Source of the DNA: an uncultured Leptospirales bacterium
Lineage (GTDB): Bacteria; Spirochaetota; UBA4802; UBA5550
Direction of reading: 5' to 3'
Assembly: GCA_964529415.1 (NCBI GenBank)
Contig: CAZGWD010000001.1
Location: forward strand, 186,611-250,610
DNA length: 64,000 nt
Part shown: positions 47,887 through 58,030 of the stretch, in pieces
Layout of the letters: every line of letters begins with the position of its first letter
How positions within the stretch are numbered: position 1 is the first letter of the stretch
Program-made: the position numbers and the translations under genes
The notes under the pieces: generated by a model
Told to the model about the DNA's origin: nothing
What the model saw: only the letters and a program-made list of their open reading frames with translations
The model's database searches: none

Positions 47887-49611
47887 TCAGAAACTCAAAC
47901 CGATTGAAATATAAGTACCGCCAAGAGATGACATGCCGGAGCTGCTTGATGAATATGAATCTGAAGAGGTATCCCCAAGGAAATACCAGGCGAAATTTCT
48001 TCTGAATCCTAAATTTATGCCTACATTCTCTGTTATCATAAATCCAAGCTGTCCCTTGTATTCAACTCCGAATCCCATATCAAGAGGAGCAAAAGCAATA
48101 TTGTAGCTTACGCCAATTCCAACAAAAAGATAAAATCTCCATATCCGCGGAAGAAAACCTATTCCGAAAGAGAAATCAAAAATAAATTGATTTACGCTGT
48201 AACTGGAAATTCCTTTTGCAGGAGATCCGGCCAGAGAAATTCCCATGTAATATCCAAGCCATTTGCCGTAGATAAAATTTAATTCAGCGCCATAGAAATT
48301 ATTATCAGCATAGGTAAACATTTTGTTAAAATAATCTTTCGGAACTCCAAACCCGGCAGTTCTGTCAAAATAACCCATTGTATAATCCAGTGTAATGGTA
48401 GTGTTTTTCTGGTTAAAACCTGAACCTGAAGAATAATCTGAAGTCTGTGCATAAGGAAGATTAAAACTGATTCTTTTTGTTTCATTGTTTCCCGCGGAAA
48501 TATACTGGGTCCTTGCCTGATATCCGTCTTTTCTGACAGAGACAGCAATACTTGCATTAGGATTCACCTTAAGAGTAATTGGTGATGTTCCCATATATTT
48601 TTCATTTGCATATACATAGGCACCGCTCGGATATGATGTAACATTGATATAGGCATTTGCAGCCATAACAAGGTTAAAATTAAATTTCTGATCAGGGTTG
48701 TCCTGAAGTGAAACAAACTGGCTGTTGTCATAATATCCGTCATGCTTAACGCTCAGTTTAAAACTTTTTTTATTCGATGGTATAGGTACTCTGGATGGTG
48801 TGGTCAGATTCTGGGGAACGTCATCAATATATATCTGTGAACCCTGCGGATTTGATTCAACCATTATGCTTTTGCTGTTTAAATCAAAATGAACTTTTTC
48901 AGTCTGATTTTTTTTCAATGTTACAACCTGATTGGCAACAATATTATTTCCTACAACCCACACATAATAATCACCGTCAGAAAGTTTATCTATGGAGCTT
49001 GGGGAAGCAATATTGGCATTACCGATTGCATATGCGATGTCAGAAAGAGATATCTGAAATCCTCCTGGATTATGGTTCATGATAGCTTTGCGGGTTTCGT
49101 CTTTTACAACGCTTGATTCGGGCATCTGTTTTCCGAATGATTCCATGAATGTTTTCAATATTTTTTCCCAGTCACCCTGGTGCAGATAATATATTTTCGC
49201 AGGGTGGCTTGCTGTGATCTGGAGAGATGATGTACCCTCGGCTTCTTTTTTACTGTCTTTATCTGAAAGTAGTTTATTTTCTATTCCCTGCTGGTATTTA
49301 TAAACCATCAATCCTTTGTAAAGTCTGCCGTAATAAGCTTCATATCCGGGTTCGAGCCTGCATTTGGCTACTGTCATCATAGGGAAAGTAATTTTCATTA
49401 TTACCGGCCTGTTATCAACAATAATAAAAACCTTATCCCCCATATTCATCATTTGAGCAGCGTTTGGCGATGTTATGATAATTTCACCTGATGGACTTAT
49501 TTTATGGAGCTTGGCAAGTTTTTTATACTCATCCTGGGATATTGCATTCTGGTATAAAAAAATAAAAAGTGCTGTTGAAAGTAATAGCGATATTGAATAT
49601 TTCTTTTTCAT
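47887..49611 (-). CDS. exported protein with two PEGA domains and C-terminal beta-barrel-like region
   Basis: VESNPQGSQIYIDDVPQNLTTPSRV and VTSYPSGAYVYANEKYMGTSPITL are PEGA motifs. The Gly/aromatic-rich C-terminus ends in GLSF. Confidence 0.45.
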   Translation of the reverse strand: MKKKYSISLLLSTALFIFLYQNAISQDEYKKLAKLHKISPSGEIIITSPNAAQMMNMGDKVFIIVDNRPVIMKITFPMMTVAKCRLEPGYEAYYGRLYKGLMVYKYQQGIENKLLSDKDSKKEAEGTSSLQITASHPAKIYYLHQGDWEKILKTFMESFGKQMPESSVVKDETRKAIMNHNPGGFQISLSDIAYAIGNANIASPSSIDKLSDGDYYVWVVGNNIVANQVVTLKKNQTEKVHFDLNSKSIMVESNPQGSQIYIDDVPQNLTTPSRVPIPSNKKSFKLSVKHDGYYDNSQFVSLQDNPDQKFNFNLVMAANAYINVTSYPSGAYVYANEKYMGTSPITLKVNPNASIAVSVRKDGYQARTQYISAGNNETKRISFNLPYAQTSDYSSGSGFNQKNTTITLDYTMGYFDRTAGFGVPKDYFNKMFTYADNNFYGAELNFIYGKWLGYYMGISLAGSPAKGISSYSVNQFIFDFSFGIGFLPRIWRFYLFVGIGVSYNIAFAPLDMGFGVEYKGQLGFMITENVGINLGFRRNFAWYFLGDTSSDSYSSSSSGMSSLGGTYISIGLSF

Positions 49612-49883
49612 TATATAAGCCTTTTTTTATATTATATGGGAAACTCTAAAAATCAGTTTTTGAGATAAAAATTATAAAAAAAATGATTTTACTAATGCTG
49701 TGATTCAAAGGGAATGTCATTAAAATGATTTTTTAATAATTCCCTATATATTTAATTTTTAGCACTTCTTTTTATATATTGTCAAGTAAAACAAAACCTA
49801 TTGAAAAATTAATATGAATAGGCTTTAATTTTAAAAAAGCTTGAATAAATAAACAAAATATTATTATTTAACTTCTTTATTGA

Positions 49884-49916
49884 AAAAAGACTCTTTTTTC
49901 AATAAAGAGTCTTTTT
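49884..49916. terminator. orphan bidirectional intrinsic-terminator-like hairpin in divergent intergenic region
   Basis: aaaagactctt / ttttcaata / aagagtctttt: a 12-bp stem with a 9-nt loop, A-run upstream and T-run downstream. Confidence 0.45.
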
Positions 49917-49920
49917 ATTA

Positions 49921-49949
49921 TTGACAGAAAAGATATTTTTATTTATATT
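49921..49949 (+). promoter_or_regulatory. sigma70-like promoter (TTGACA-17 nt-TATATT) for the XRE regulator gene
   Basis: Perfect -35 TTGACA and near-consensus -10 TATATT with 17-nt spacing, about 45 nt upstream of the ATG at 49994. Confidence 0.45.
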
Positions 49950-49993
49950 ATTACTACAATTAGCATTAGAGAACTTTAATGAAAAGAGGCAAA

Positions 49994-50422
49994 ATGAATA
50001 CAGAACCCCAAATAAGAAAATATACTGAAAGGTATAAAAGTCATCCTGTGCTTTCACATGATATATTAGATGAAGAATCTGAAAAGGATTTCTTTAAAAA
50101 TATACGTTTGAAAATGCGTGAAGTTCGTAAAGAACTTAAAATGACACAAAGAGAATTTGGTGAAACTGCTGGCATCGACAGGAGATATGTAGCAAAAGTT
50201 GAATGCGGCTCACAAAATCCTTCTTTTAAATTTATTAGAAGCATTTCTATAAAGCATAAAATATCTATGGATTGGCTTTTGTATGGTATTGGTCAGAAAT
50301 ATGTTGAAACTGATTCCCAGAGCTATGGTCCGGAACTTTTTGCTTTCAAAAAGCTTCTCGATAATGGCACAGAAGAAGATATTGAAGTAATGATGAAAAT
50401 GATTAAGAAGATATTGAAGTAA
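49994..50422 (+). CDS. XRE-family helix-turn-helix transcriptional regulator
   Basis: LKMTQREFGETAGIDRRYVAKVECGSQNPS is an HTH_3 motif. SD AAGAGG precedes the ATG at 49994, whereas the track starts at 49979. Confidence 0.7.
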   Translation: MNTEPQIRKYTERYKSHPVLSHDILDEESEKDFFKNIRLKMREVRKELKMTQREFGETAGIDRRYVAKVECGSQNPSFKFIRSISIKHKISMDWLLYGIGQKYVETDSQSYGPELFAFKKLLDNGTEEDIEVMMKMIKKILK

Positions 50423-50450
50423 TAAAACATATTAACCTCCAAAAAAAATT

Positions 50451-50487
50451 AAGGATTGCTTTTTTAAAGCAATCCTTTTGTTTTTAT
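50451..50487. terminator. bidirectional rho-independent terminator between convergent XRE and STAS genes
   Basis: AAGGATTGCTTT ttt AAAGCAATCCTT is a 12-bp perfect stem followed by ttgtttttat. Confidence 0.65.
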
Positions 50488-50532
50488 AGGCTTTATATTT
50501 ATATATTCACTTCATTAAGGGAAACGGCTGCA

Positions 50533-50883
50533 TCAATGCATTTCAAAAAATTCTATTTCGAGATTTGAATCTAATTCTTTAAAATCCTCCAAGCTGAAAA
50601 CCTGCCAGTGTATATGTTTAGATGCATGTATTATTAGCTTTTTGCTGATATCTCTCATTTTAATGATAAATAGACCGAATGAAGCTATACCTGAACTGTT
50701 TAAAATTGTAAGATTCCTGATGTCAAGAATCACAGGGTCTTTAAGTGTAATGCATGAATCCAGCAGAATTTCAATAATTTCATTGTATTTAGCTACAGTT
50801 TGTAATTTCAATTCACCGCTTATTACAATTTTATTTTCTTCAGGTATGCTATTTATTGTGTATAGAGAATCAGAAGTGTTCAT
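50533..50883 (-). CDS. STAS-domain anti-sigma factor antagonist (SpoIIAA/RsbV-like)
   Basis: 116 aa. ILNSSGIASF contains the conserved phosphorylatable Ser context of STAS domains. Confidence 0.65.
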   Translation of the reverse strand: MNTSDSLYTINSIPEENKIVISGELKLQTVAKYNEIIEILLDSCITLKDPVILDIRNLTILNSSGIASFGLFIIKMRDISKKLIIHASKHIHWQVFSLEDFKELDSNLEIEFFEMH

Positions 50884-50977
50884 AAAATATATCCTTTAAA
50901 ATTAGTATGGACTCTAAAAGTTATAACTAACTAAGTTGCATACTCTAATATAGTTCAATATAATTAGATATTTAAAA

Positions 50978-51181
50978 TCAGTCAAGGTTATTTCGCTTTA
51001 ATTTATTGCTTTCTTCAATTGCTATTTTCCACATTTTGTTTATATAATCGAGTCCTTTATCGCCTTCTTCCAGATAAAAATGCAGAATATGATTATATAA
51101 AGATAATGCAGTTAGACTTTCACTTTTCAGGATTTCAATTTCAGAAATATCTTCCTGAAGACTGGTTTTTTTCTCATTCAT
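50978..51181 (-). CDS. small hypothetical protein (67 aa) between kinase and STAS genes
   Basis: ORF only. Acidic and helical. Position in the operon suggests it is co-transcribed. Confidence 0.3.
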   Translation of the reverse strand: MNEKKTSLQEDISEIEILKSESLTALSLYNHILHFYLEEGDKGLDYINKMWKIAIEESNKLKRNNLD

Positions 51182-51238
51182 ATTATTAGTTTCCTATTGA
51201 TTAAGTGATATTAAATATAACTAAATGACAAAAAAAAA

Positions 51239-52852
51239 TTATATATTTTTAATAATTCTTTTTAAATCGTTTAATGTGTATGGTTTGGCTATTACTTCTT
51301 TAAAACCGTATTCTTTGAAATTAGCCATAACCGGATCATTTGAATATCCGCTGCTGACTATTACTTTAATATCAGGATAAATTTTAACTACATCTTTTAA
51401 AACTTCTTTACCGCCAATTCCTCCCGGTATTGTTAAATCAAAAATTGCAAAATCAAAGCACTGGTTTGCTTCTTTATTCTTTTGGCAAATTGTAATTGCT
51501 TCCATGCCATTTTTTGCTGTAACAACAGAAAATCCGATCTTTTCAAGCATGCGGGATGTTACTGATAAAATGCTTTCTTCATCATCCATTAAAAGAACAA
51601 TTCCCTTCTGGTCGTCATCAATAGAAATTAGATCTACATCATCAAGCTCATCATAAGTGTCTGATGCTGGAAGAAAAATTGAAAATATTGTTCCCTTTCC
51701 CTGGATTGATTCAGCAGTAATATGACCTTCGTGCTTTTTTATTATTGAATAAACGCTTGTTAAACCAAGACCCTGCCCAACGGATTTTGTTGTAAAATAC
51801 GGATCAAAAATTTTATTCATTATTTCATCTGGAATGCCAAGTCCATTGTCGCGGATAGAAATTTTAACATATTTTCCTTTCTTTAAAAACGGCAGATTGG
51901 CAACACGTTCCATGGAAATATTGTCTGCAATTAATTCAATATTACCGCCGTATGGCATTGCCTGTTTTGCATTTAGAACTATATTGCTTATAACCTGGTG
52001 AAGCTGCCCTTCATCGACTTCAACCGGCCAGAGTTCATTATCTATGATGTATATGCATTTAAGATTTGAACCTGAAAGAGCAAGATTTACAGCTTCGTGC
52101 AAAAGATTTTCAATTTTCATTGATTTTTTTATCGGAGCTCCGCCTTTGGAAAAGGTGAGCAGCTGATTGGTCAGATTTTTTGCGCGGATTGATGCTTTTT
52201 CTGCTCCTTCAAGCAGTATGAACAATTCTTTTTTATCTTCAAAACTTAATTTTGCGAGAGAAATGTTTCCGAGAATTGCATTTAGTATATTATTAAAATC
52301 GTGAGCTATGCCTCCTGCGAAAAGGCCTACGGACTCGAGCTTTTTGATTTTAAGAAATTCCTCCTCAAGGTTTTCTTTTTCTGTTACATCCAGCATCTGC
52401 CCTATTATCAGAATATTTCCCTGGGCATTTTTTATCAGTGATGAATTCAGTTTGATATTTCTAAGCTCGCCTTCTTTTCTGACGATTTTAAATATGAGAT
52501 GAACAGGCTGATCATTTATTAAAAGTTCTTTAAGCGAATCCATAACGGTTTCTGAATCTTTTTTATCAATAAAATCTGTAAATTTGCGGCTGATAATTTT
52601 ATTATGAGGATATTGCAGTATTCCGCAGAGCTCTTTATTCGCATAAACAACCTGAAAAGAGCTGTTTGCAAGAAAAATTCCATCGTGAGAGTTATCCACG
52701 ACAGATTTGAAAAGGTTTTCCGATTCTATGAGAAGCGCGTCATAACTGCCGGAGAATTTTTTCTCCTCTTCAATATCTTTTATTCTGTTTTCGAGGAATA
52801 AAATTTTATCCTGCAGCTTTTTTAAATCATCATTCATTCTTTTCCATTCCAT
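51239..52852 (-). CDS. hybrid sensor histidine kinase / response regulator (PAS-HisKA-HATPase-REC)
   Basis: N-terminal coiled coil and PAS region. H-box FAGGIAHDFNNIL. HATPase_c G-boxes. C-terminal receiver (VLLMDDEE...FDLTIPGG...K). Confidence 0.8.
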   Translation of the reverse strand: MEWKRMNDDLKKLQDKILFLENRIKDIEEEKKFSGSYDALLIESENLFKSVVDNSHDGIFLANSSFQVVYANKELCGILQYPHNKIISRKFTDFIDKKDSETVMDSLKELLINDQPVHLIFKIVRKEGELRNIKLNSSLIKNAQGNILIIGQMLDVTEKENLEEEFLKIKKLESVGLFAGGIAHDFNNILNAILGNISLAKLSFEDKKELFILLEGAEKASIRAKNLTNQLLTFSKGGAPIKKSMKIENLLHEAVNLALSGSNLKCIYIIDNELWPVEVDEGQLHQVISNIVLNAKQAMPYGGNIELIADNISMERVANLPFLKKGKYVKISIRDNGLGIPDEIMNKIFDPYFTTKSVGQGLGLTSVYSIIKKHEGHITAESIQGKGTIFSIFLPASDTYDELDDVDLISIDDDQKGIVLLMDDEESILSVTSRMLEKIGFSVVTAKNGMEAITICQKNKEANQCFDFAIFDLTIPGGIGGKEVLKDVVKIYPDIKVIVSSGYSNDPVMANFKEYGFKEVIAKPYTLNDLKRIIKNI

Positions 52853-52969
52853 CTTATAAATGAAATATTATATTCAATGCTTATGAAAAATAGTAATTCA
52901 CGAATGAATTAGAAAAAGTCATTACAGCATAAAAGACTTAAACTGAATATTGCCACAGTACAGTATATA

Positions 52970-53010
52970 TTTCCCGTTTGCCCGGGAAATTAACGTATTT
53001 TAAATACGTT
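52970..53010. promoter_or_regulatory. paired hairpin and 19-nt perfect palindrome in the kinase upstream region
   Basis: TTTCCCGtttgcCCGGGAAA followed by AACGTATTTtAAATACGTT, about 120-160 nt upstream of the kinase start at 52852. Confidence 0.35.
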
Positions 53011-53318
53011 ATTAGTTATATATTTTTGCTCAATATAAAACATAGCAACAATTAAATTATTTTAAATTAAAAAATCATATTCAAAAAATAAATCAACTAA
53101 ATTATAAAATAATCAGTTAAATCAATTTTATAGCAATTTATAAAAAAAGTCTTTACGATTATTTATTATACAAATCTTTATGTAACATAGTATCAATTGT
53201 AATAATCAGATAATAGTTATTGTTAAAAATAATGAATAAAAAGAATTATTTCTTTTTTTTAATGAAAAGACTCTAAGATATAGATATTAATTTTGTAATA
53301 TAAAAAAGTACGGTATAT

Positions 53319-54281
53319 ATGAACGGTTTCGAGACAGGTACTAAAAGCTGGGTAATAAGAATAATTATTATAAATGCAGCTATATATTTACTGCAGATAA
53401 TGACTGAAGGAAATCAGCTCCAATATTTCTTAACCGGATCTGAAGGCACATTTTCAAACCAGACAGCCATTATGACTTTTTATTTAGGTCTTATACCTGC
53501 AGTAGTTGTAGAAAAACTTTATATCTGGCAGTTTGTATCATACATGTTTCTTCATGGGAACTTTATGCATTTATTTTTAAATATGTATGCACTTCTTATT
53601 TTTGGAATACCGATTGAACAAACCTGGGGCAGTAGAAAATTTCTATTTTATTATTTTTTTACTGGAATCGGAGCCGGGTTAACAGTGTTTCTTATAAATA
53701 CGTTTATCCTGACAAATTCATACGCAATACCTACAATAGGAGCATCTGGAGCAGTATTCGGAATGCTTCTGGCTTTTGGAATGCTTTTTCCTGAAGCTGA
53801 AATTCTGCTGTTTTTCTTTATTCCGATTAAAGCAAAATATCTGGTGGTTCTTTATGGAGCTCTGGAATTATATTCTCTTTTTTCATCAGGCGGTGCAGGC
53901 GGAGTTTCCCATGTGGGCCATTTAGGCGGATTGCTATTCGGTATTTTCTATTTTATTTATATCCGATGGCATGGTATTGAATTTAAAACAAAAAAATTCA
54001 GGGCGAAATTCCAGAAAGCTGTAACATCCAAGGAAACTAATTTTTTTTCTGACAATACAGATTCAAGAGATGCGCTGATAAGCATACTGAATAAAATAAA
54101 AACTACAGGGTATGATTCGCTTAATGATGCTGAAATTCAGAAAATAAAATATTTGCAGATAATGAATGAAAGCAAAGATGGACTGTGCGTAGAAAAAGAT
54201 TTTGATCTTGGTGATGCTTACTGCAAAAAATGCGAGACATTTGAATCATGTTTTCTAAGGGAAATAAAAAAATATATTTGA
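53319..54281 (+). CDS. rhomboid-family intramembrane serine protease with C-terminal extension
   Basis: GASGAVFGML (catalytic GxSG) and a downstream His in a TM helix (SHVGHLGG). Confidence 0.75.
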   Translation: MNGFETGTKSWVIRIIIINAAIYLLQIMTEGNQLQYFLTGSEGTFSNQTAIMTFYLGLIPAVVVEKLYIWQFVSYMFLHGNFMHLFLNMYALLIFGIPIEQTWGSRKFLFYYFFTGIGAGLTVFLINTFILTNSYAIPTIGASGAVFGMLLAFGMLFPEAEILLFFFIPIKAKYLVVLYGALELYSLFSSGGAGGVSHVGHLGGLLFGIFYFIYIRWHGIEFKTKKFRAKFQKAVTSKETNFFSDNTDSRDALISILNKIKTTGYDSLNDAEIQKIKYLQIMNESKDGLCVEKDFDLGDAYCKKCETFESCFLREIKKYI

Positions 54282-54488
54282 TTGATGTGACATATTCCTG
54301 CCGATTTTTTATTCTAAATCTTTATAAAAATATCTTTACAATATTAAAATAGCCTAAAAGCATTTACATATAATCAAATAAAGCAGTAAACACCCGCTGC
54401 GGTGAGTATTTTATTTTTTGGTTACAAAAATATTTTATCATCATTTAAGCAGAAACTGAAATTAAATTACACTTTATGGAGAACTATT

Positions 54489-57200
54489 ATGGCAAATCTT
54501 AAAAGAGTCTATTCTTTCGGAGCAGGAAAATCAGATGGCAAAGCTGATATGAAAAACCTCCTGGGGGGAAAAGGCGCAAATCTTGCTGAAATGTCAAATC
54601 TTGGTATACCGGTTCCGGCGGGTTTCACTATAACCACAGAAGTTTGTACGGAATTTTACGAAAACGGAAGAAAATTTCCAGATGCACTTGAAGCGGAAGT
54701 AAACAAGGCAATGAAGCAGGTTGAAGAAACTATGGGCGCAAAATTCGGCGATCCGTCAAATCCTCTTCTTCTTTCAGTTCGATCAGGCGCGAGAGCATCA
54801 ATGCCCGGAATGATGGACACAATTTTAAATCTTGGCCTTAATGATGATACTATCAAAGGAATAATTGCAAAATCCGGAAATGAAAGATTCGGATGGGATT
54901 CATACAGACGTTTTGTACAGATGTACGGAGATGTTGTTCTTGGGCTTAAACCTGAAGATAAAAATGAAATAGATCCGTTTGAAAAAATAATGGAAGAACT
55001 GAAACATGAGAAAGGGGTTAAGCTGGATCTTGAACTTACAGTTGAAGATTTAAAAGAACTTGTAAAAAGATTCAAGGCGATAATTAAAAAAACCCTCAAT
55101 ATAGATTTTCCATCAGATCCCAAGCAGCAGCTCTGGGGCGCTGTGGGAGCCGTATTCGGATCATGGCAGAATGACAGGGCAATACTCTACAGAAAAATGA
55201 ACCAGGTTGATGACAGCTGGGGAACAGCAGTTAATGTACAGGCAATGGTTTTCGGCAATATGGGAGATGATTGCGCAACAGGTGTTGCATTTACAAGGGA
55301 CCCTGCCACAGGAGAAAATGCATTTTACGGTGAGTATCTGGTTAATGCTCAGGGTGAGGATGTTGTAGCAGGAATCAGGACTCCTCAGCAGGTCACTATT
55401 GCCGGTTCAAAAAAATGGGCTGTAAGCAATTCAGTTTCAGAAGATGACAGGAAAACCAAGTTCCAGTCTCTTGAAGAATATATGCCTGGAGCTTATGGCG
55501 ATCTTGTTAAAATTTACAAAAATCTTGAAAAGCATTATACAGACATGCAGGATATAGAATTTACAATTCAGAATAAAAAACTCTGGATGCTTCAGACAAG
55601 AAACGGGAAAAGAACTGCTGCAGCTGCAGTCAGAATTGCTGTTGAAATGGTTAAAGAAGGATTGATCGATAAAAAGAAAGCTATTCTCAGAGTTGATCCG
55701 AATGCTCTTGATCAGCTTCTCCATCCTACTTTCGATCCATCAGCAGAAAAGAAAGTTATAGCAAAGGGCCTTCCTGCTTCTCCTGGAGCAGCAACAGGTA
55801 AAATTGTTTTTAATGCAGATGATGCAGATGAGTGGACAAACAGAGGCGAGAAAGTAATTCTTGTGCGTATTGAAACATCTCCTGAAGATTTGAAAGGAAT
55901 GTCTGCTGCTCAGGGAATTCTTACTCAAAGAGGCGGAATGACTTCTCACGCAGCTGTTGTTGCAAGAGGCATGGGAAAATGCTGCGTTTCCGGATGCGGC
56001 GAGCTTGAAATATCATACTCAAAACGGGAAATAAAAGTTAAAGATATAGTTTTAAAAGAAGGCGATTACATTTCACTGAACGGTTCTACAGGTGAGGTGA
56101 TGATGGGTCAGGTTAAAACCATGGAAGCTGTGCTTTCAGGCGATTTTGAAACATTAATGAAATGGTCTGATGAAGTTAAAAAGCTTGTTGTGCGGACAAA
56201 CGCAGACACTCCGAAAGACGCTCAGATTGCAAGAAACTTCGGCGCTCAGGGAATTGGTCTTTGCAGAACAGAGCATATGTTTTTCGAGGGAGATAGAATC
56301 AAGGCTATGAGAGAAATGATTCTTGCTGATACTCTTGAAGAAAGACAGAAAGCGCTGAAAAAGCTTCTTCCGATTCAAAGAGACGATTTCTACGGCATAC
56401 TCAAGGCAATGGAAGGCTACGGAGTTACTATCAGGCTGCTCGATCCTCCGCTGCATGAATTCCTTCCTCATGAGGAAGCCAACCAGAAAGAGATGTCCCA
56501 GGAACTTGGAATTTCAGTTGAAAGAATTAAATCTAAAGTTGAAGCACTTCATGAATTCAATCCGATGCTCGGTCACAGGGGATGCAGGCTTGGAATAACT
56601 TTTCCTGAAATAACTGAAATGCAGGCAAGAGCAATTTTTGAAGCAGCATGCCAGCTTAAGAAAGAAGGCGTTGATGCCAAGCCTGAGGTAATGGTTCCTC
56701 TTGTCGGTACAGTTAAAGAACTTTCAATGCAGAAAGAAATAATAGTAAGAACAGCAGATCTTGTAATGAAGGAAACTGGAATTAAAATTGAATACCATGT
56801 TGGTACAATGATAGAAGTTCCAAGAGCAGCAGTTACAGCAGATGAGATTGCAAAGGAAGCGGAATTTTTCTCTTTCGGAACAAATGACCTGACTCAGATG
56901 ACTTTCGGCTACAGCAGGGACGATTCAGGTTCATTCCTTCCATTTTATGTAGATAAAAAAATTCTTCCAAACGATCCTTTCAGGGTTCTTGACAGAGAAG
57001 GCGTTGGCCAGCTGATTAAGATGGCTGTTGAAAAAGGACGCTCTGTTAAAAAAGATCTGAAAATAGGAATCTGCGGCGAGCATGGAGGAGAACCAAGCTC
57101 AGTTGAATTCTGTCATATGTGCGGTCTTAATTATGTCAGCTGTTCTCCATTCAGAGTTCCAATTGCAAGACTTGCTGCAGCTCAGGCTGCGTGCAGATAA
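54489..57200 (+). CDS. ppdK: pyruvate, phosphate dikinase
   Basis: [35 protein letters not shown] is the canonical PPDK N-terminus. Phospho-His region [13 protein letters not shown]. 903 aa from the ATG at 54489; the track's 54402 start is an upstream in-frame extension. Confidence 0.9.
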   Translation: MANLKRVYSFGAGKSDGKADMKNLLGGKGANLAEMSNLGIPVPAGFTITTEVCTEFYENGRKFPDALEAEVNKAMKQVEETMGAKFGDPSNPLLLSVRSGARASMPGMMDTILNLGLNDDTIKGIIAKSGNERFGWDSYRRFVQMYGDVVLGLKPEDKNEIDPFEKIMEELKHEKGVKLDLELTVEDLKELVKRFKAIIKKTLNIDFPSDPKQQLWGAVGAVFGSWQNDRAILYRKMNQVDDSWGTAVNVQAMVFGNMGDDCATGVAFTRDPATGENAFYGEYLVNAQGEDVVAGIRTPQQVTIAGSKKWAVSNSVSEDDRKTKFQSLEEYMPGAYGDLVKIYKNLEKHYTDMQDIEFTIQNKKLWMLQTRNGKRTAAAAVRIAVEMVKEGLIDKKKAILRVDPNALDQLLHPTFDPSAEKKVIAKGLPASPGAATGKIVFNADDADEWTNRGEKVILVRIETSPEDLKGMSAAQGILTQRGGMTSHAAVVARGMGKCCVSGCGELEISYSKREIKVKDIVLKEGDYISLNGSTGEVMMGQVKTMEAVLSGDFETLMKWSDEVKKLVVRTNADTPKDAQIARNFGAQGIGLCRTEHMFFEGDRIKAMREMILADTLEERQKALKKLLPIQRDDFYGILKAMEGYGVTIRLLDPPLHEFLPHEEANQKEMSQELGISVERIKSKVEALHEFNPMLGHRGCRLGITFPEITEMQARAIFEAACQLKKEGVDAKPEVMVPLVGTVKELSMQKEIIVRTADLVMKETGIKIEYHVGTMIEVPRAAVTADEIAKEAEFFSFGTNDLTQMTFGYSRDDSGSFLPFYVDKKILPNDPFRVLDREGVGQLIKMAVEKGRSVKKDLKIGICGEHGGEPSSVEFCHMCGLNYVSCSPFRVPIARLAAAQAACR

Positions 57201-57202
57201 CG

Positions 57203-57297
57203 ACCCCCCTTCCGTCCCCCCTTGTAAAGAGGGGAGACTGAGGTTCTTTCTCCCCCTTAACAAGGGGGAGATGCCGGCAGGCAGAGGGGGTTATTTT
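57203..57297 (+). other. GC-rich structured element with alternative hairpins (terminator/attenuator or small structured RNA)
   Basis: Five G/C-rich blocks (TCCCCCC / AGGGGAGA / TCTCCCCCTT / AAGGGGGAGA / GAGGGGG) followed by a T-tract. Includes the perfect 10-bp hairpin tctccccctt-aac-aagggggaga. Confidence 0.45.
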
Positions 57298-57313
57298 TAA
57301 TTAGGATATCGTC

Positions 57314-58030
57314 ATGAAAAAATTGATCACAATTTTAATAATTTTTATTTCTTCAGCGTTATTTGCTTCATATGATGAAGCATTAAAACTATATCAGGAT
57401 AAAAAATATGCTGATTCGCTTGCAATAGTTGCAAATGATCTTGTCGGAGCTGATGATTTTAAGCCGGGTTCGCCAAATTATAACATGCGTTTGCTTGCAG
57501 CACATAATTACTGGAAAATGGGTAATGAAAAAAACGCATCCGCGCATTTTAGAAAATGCATGGAAATTGATAAAAAAAATCCAACAGCTTATATTGATCA
57601 GTCGCTTATGCTAATTGAATTTAAAAAATTCGGCGATGCTGAAGCAACAGCAAACAGGGGGCTTGCTTCTGTAAAAGACGGGATGCTGTACTATGTTCTC
57701 GGCATGGCAAGCCTGAGTTCGAAAAATTACACTAAAGCAAAAGAATTTCTTGAAAAGGCGAATTCAATCAATCCTGAATTATATATTTCCTATAATGCTC
57801 TTGGAATTGCACTTATGAATCTTCAGAAATACGGGGAGGCAAATACTGCATTTTCTGTTGCTATGGCCATTAACAGCGATTCGCCTGAAATAATAAATAA
57901 TATTGGTTTGAGTTATGAGAAACTCGGGAAAAAAAGTGAAGCTATTGAATATTATAAAAAGGCCATTTCACTGGATTCAGCAAATGAAACCATAAAAGCG
58001 AATCTGAAAAGAATCGAGTCAGCTAAGTAA
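57314..58030 (+). CDS. TPR-repeat protein with signal peptide
   Basis: Multiple TPR units (AxxYxxLG.., NAxAxxNxG). Confidence 0.6.
   Translation: MKKLITILIIFISSALFASYDEALKLYQDKKYADSLAIVANDLVGADDFKPGSPNYNMRLLAAHNYWKMGNEKNASAHFRKCMEIDKKNPTAYIDQSLMLIEFKKFGDAEATANRGLASVKDGMLYYVLGMASLSSKNYTKAKEFLEKANSINPELYISYNALGIALMNLQKYGEANTAFSVAMAINSDSPEIINNIGLSYEKLGKKSEAIEYYKKAISLDSANETIKANLKRIESAK

Noticed and set aside
54402-54488. N-terminal 29-codon extension of ppdK in the track
   Set aside because: The canonical PPDK N-terminus begins at [10 protein letters not shown] (ATG at 54489). The upstream extension is non-conserved and is probably just open frame.
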